From positions 178,436,001 through 178,500,000 of the forward strand of contig OZ024743.1 of NCBI GenBank assembly GCA_964016885.1: DNA of 64,000 nucleotides. The letters run 5' to 3'. Below are positions 60,401-64,000 of the stretch, one piece after another. The notes below the pieces were generated by a model. The model had not been told where the DNA came from. It worked only from the letters and a program-made list of their open reading frames with translations, and did no database searches. Both the position numbers and the translations under genes were made by a program. How positions within the stretch are numbered: the stretch's first letter is position 1; every line of letters begins with the position of its first letter. The DNA is from Eledone cirrhosa. Its lineage: Eukaryota.

Positions 60401-61870
60401 TCCAACACACCACACCATAATGATCGTAAATCCAACACACCACACCATTATGATCGTAAGTCCATCATCACCGCGACATTATGACCGTAGGTCCAACACA
60501 CCACGACATGACGATCGTAAGTCAAACATACCATGACATAATGATCGCAAGTCAAACACACCATGACATTATGACCGTAAATCCAACACACCACGACATT
60601 ATGATCCTAAGTCCAACACACCATGATATTATGACCGTAAGCCGAAAACACCACGACATAATGATCGTAAGTCCAACACACCACGACAAAATGATCGTAA
60701 GTGAAACACACCATGACATAATGATCGTAAGTCAAACACACCATGACGTTATGATCGTAAGACCAGCACACCACGACATATTGATCGTAAGTCAAACACA
60801 CCACGACATAATGATCGTAAGTCCAACACACCACACCATTATGAACGTAAGTCCAACACACAAAACCATAATAATCGTAAGTCCAACACACCACACCATA
60901 ATGATCGTAAGTCCAAAACACCACGTCATAATGATCGTAATTCCAACACACCACGACATGATGATCGTAAGTCAAACACACCACGACATAATGATCGTAA
61001 GTCAAACACACCACGACATAATGATCGTAAGTCCAACACACCACACCATTATGATCGTAAGTCCAACACACCACACCATTATGATAGTAAGTCCAACACA
61101 CCATGAGATAATGATCGTAAGTCTAAGACATCACGACATAATGATCGTAAGTCCAAAACACCACACCGTTATGATCGTCAGTCCAACACACCACATTATA
61201 ATGATCGTAAGTCCAACACACCACACCATAATGATCGTAAGTCAAACACACAACGACATAATGATCGTAAGTCAAACACACCACGACATAATGATCGTAA
61301 GTCAAACACATGATGACATTATGATCGTAAGTCAAACACACCACACCATTATGATCGTAGGCCCAACACACCTCACCATTATGATCGTAAATCTAACAGA
61401 CGACTCCATTATGATCGTCAGTCCCACACACCATGACATAATGATCGTAAGTTCAACACGTAACACCATTATCATCGTAAGTCAAACGCACCATGACATT
61501 ATTATATTCTTAAGTCCAACACACCACGACGTAATTATCGTAAGTCCAACACACCATGACATTATGATCGTAAGTCCAAACCACCATGACGTTATGACCG
61601 TAAGTCTAACACACATTGACATAATGACCGTAAGTCCAACACACCATAACATTGTGATCCTAAGTCAAACACACCATGATATTATGATCGTAAGTTTATC
61701 ACACCACGGTATGTTGACCGTAAGTCCAACACACCACACCTTTATAACCGTAAGTCCAACACACCATGACACAATGAACGTAAGTCCAACACACCACGAC
61801 ATAATGATCGTAAGTCAAACACACCACGACATAATGATCGTAAGTCAAACACACCACGACATAATGAACG
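51498..61870. repeat. Higher-order repeat: four 1,504-bp units (50 monomers), two 1,474-bp units (49 monomers) and a partial unit
   Basis: Marker monomer CCATCATCACCGCGAC at 51498, 53002, 54506, 56010, 57514, 58988 and 60462. 1504 = 50x30+3+1 and 1474 = 49x30+3+1. Confidence 0.93.
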
Positions 61871-64000
61871 CAAGTCCATCACACCACGACATTATGACTG
61901 TAAGTCCAACACACCACGACATCATGATCGTGAGTCCAACACACCATGACATAATAATCGTAAGTCAAACACACCATGACATTATAACCGTAAGTCCATC
62001 ACACTGCGACATTATGACCGTAAGTCCAACACACCACGACATTATGATCGTAAGTCAAACACACCATGACATAATGATCGCAAGTGAAACACACCATGAC
62101 ATTATGATCTTAAGTCCAACACACCACACCATTATGATCGTAAGTCAAACATACCATGACATTATGACCGTAAGTCCATCACACCACGACATTATGACCG
62201 TAAATCCAACAAACCACGACATTATGATCGTAAGTCAAACACACCATGACATTATGATCCTAAGTCCAACACACCATGATATTATGACCGTAAGCCGAAA
62301 ACACTACGACATAATGATCGTAAGTCCAACACACCACGCATAATGATCGTAAGTCAAACACACCACGACATAATGATCGTAAGTCAAACACACCATGACA
62401 TTATGATCGTAAGTCTAGCACACCACGACATAATTATCGTAAGTCAAACACACCACGACATAATGATCATGAGTCCAACACACCACACCATTATGATCGT
62501 AAGTCCAACACACCACACCATTATGATCGTAAGTCCAACACACCATGAGATAATGACCGTAAGTCTAAGATATCACGACATAATGATCGTAAGTCCAAAA
62601 CACCACACCATTATGATCGTAAGTCCAACACACCACACAATATCGATCGTAAGTCCAAAACACCACACCATTATGATCGTAAGTCCAACACACCACACAA
62701 TATCGATCGTAAGTCCAACACACCACACCATTATGACCGTAAGTCCAACACACCATGACATAATGAACGTAAGTCCAAAATACCACGACATAATGATCGT
62801 AATTCCAACACACCACGACATAATGATCGTAAGTCAAACACACCACACCATTATGATCGTAAGTCCAACACACCACACCATTATGATCGTAAGTCCAAAA
62901 CGCCACACCCTTATGATAGTAAGTCCAACACACCATGAGATAATTATCTTAAGTCTAAGACATCACGACATAATGATCGTAAGTCCAAAACACCACACCA
63001 TTATGATCGTAATTCTAACACACCACAAGATATTGATCGTAAGTCCAACACACCACACCATTATGACCGTCAGTCCAACACACCACATTATAATGATCGT
63101 AAGTCCAACACACCACACCATAATGATCGTAAGTCAAACACACAACGACATAATGATTGTAAGTCCAACACGCCATGAGATAATGATCGCAAGTCTAAGA
63201 CATCACGACATAATGATCGTAAGTCCAAAACACCACACCGTTATGATCGTCAGTCCAACACACCACATTATAATGATCGTAAGTCCAACACATCACACCA
63301 TAATGATCGTAAGTCAAACACACAACGACATAATGATCGTAAGTCAACCACACCACGACATAATGATCGTAAGTCAAACACATGATGACATTATGATCGT
63401 AAGTCAAACACACCACACCATTATGATCGTAGGCCCAACACACCACACCATTATGATCGTAAATCTAACAGACGACTCCATTATGATCGTCAGTCCCACA
63501 CACCATGACTTAACATTGTGATCCTAAGTCAAACACACCATGATATTATGATCGTAAGTTCAACACACCACGGCATGTTGACCGTAAGTCCAACACACCA
63601 CACCTTTATGACCGTAAGTCCAACACACCATGACACAATGAACGTAAGTCCAACACACCACGACATAATGATCGTAAGTCAAACACACCACGACATAATG
63701 ATCGTAAGTCAAACAAACCACGACATAATGAACGCAAGTCCATCACACCACGACATTATGACTGTAAGCCCAAAACACCACGACGTAATGATCGTAAGTC
63801 CAACACACCACGACATAATGATCGTAAGTGAAACACACCACGACATAATGATCTTAAGTCAAACACACCATGACATTATGATCGTAAGTCCAGCACACCA
63901 CGACATAATGATCGTAAGTCCAACACACCACACCATTATGATCGTAAGTTCAACACACCACACCATTATGATCGTAAGTCCAACACGCCACACCCTTATG

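Larger units (their letters stand above)
7226..64000. repeat. 30-bp tandem satellite array (~1,800 monomers), continuing past the window end
   Basis: Consensus ATGATCGTAAGTCCAACACACCAYGACATW, with a second major type ..CACCACACCATW. Length variants of 33 bp (ATCTTCTTAAGT), 29, 31 and 38 bp (ACCATTAT duplicated). Head-to-tail with no inversion seen. The count is estimated from length divided by 30. Confidence 0.99.

Noticed and set aside
7147-63521. The many ORFs on both strands (MIVSPTHHDI, MSWCVGLTII, VVCWTYDHY, YDRKSNTP repeats) as genes
   Set aside because: They are translations of one 30-bp repeat in several frames at once, with frequent frameshifts and no unique domains.
7226-64000. CRISPR array (30-bp repeat length)
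   Set aside because: Monomers abut with no unique spacers, the only inserts are copies of one SINE, no cas genes are present, and the context is eukaryotic.
7226-64000. Tandem tRNA gene array (monomer has a TAC anticodon-like loop)
   Set aside because: Only the anticodon and variable segment is present, with an imperfect stem and no acceptor stem, D-loop or T-loop.
7226-64000. Telomeric repeat array (C/A-rich strand)
   Set aside because: No (TTAGGG)n or (CCCTAA)n is present; the strand skew follows from the monomer composition.

Overview
Eukaryotic, repeat-dominated DNA with no supportable intact protein-coding gene. The SINE families and dense (TA)n/(CA)n/(CATA)n microsatellites look like octopus (coleoid cephalopod) repeats; this is recognition from memory, not a database result. 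Bases 1-7.2 kb are an AT-rich flank containing microsatellites, at least 7 tRNA-derived SINE copies or fragments from two families, a decayed RTE-clade LINE 3' end, a 5'-truncated R4/Dong-like retrotransposon end inside a (CATA)n tract, and an old ~300-bp inverted duplication. From ~7,226 to the window end (~56.8 kb, roughly 1,800 units) runs an uninterrupted-orientation 30-bp satellite, consensus ATGATCGTAAGTCCAACACACCAYGACATW. All the long 'MIVSPTHHDI' ORFs in the track come from this repeat. Main observations: (1) the array starts exactly where the tRNA head of a minus-strand SINE should continue, and the reverse-complemented monomer reads as a tRNA anticodon arm plus variable loop, so the satellite appears to have arisen from a SINE head at or near this locus; (2) one 177-bp SINE insertion with a 16-bp flanking duplication has been amplified to 12 copies inside the array and shares a diagnostic deletion with a flank copy at ~1.8 kb; (3) the array shows nested duplications (9,848 + 2,456 + 1,171 = 13,475 bp) and becomes a regular 50-mer/49-mer higher-order repeat (1,504/1,474 bp) distally.
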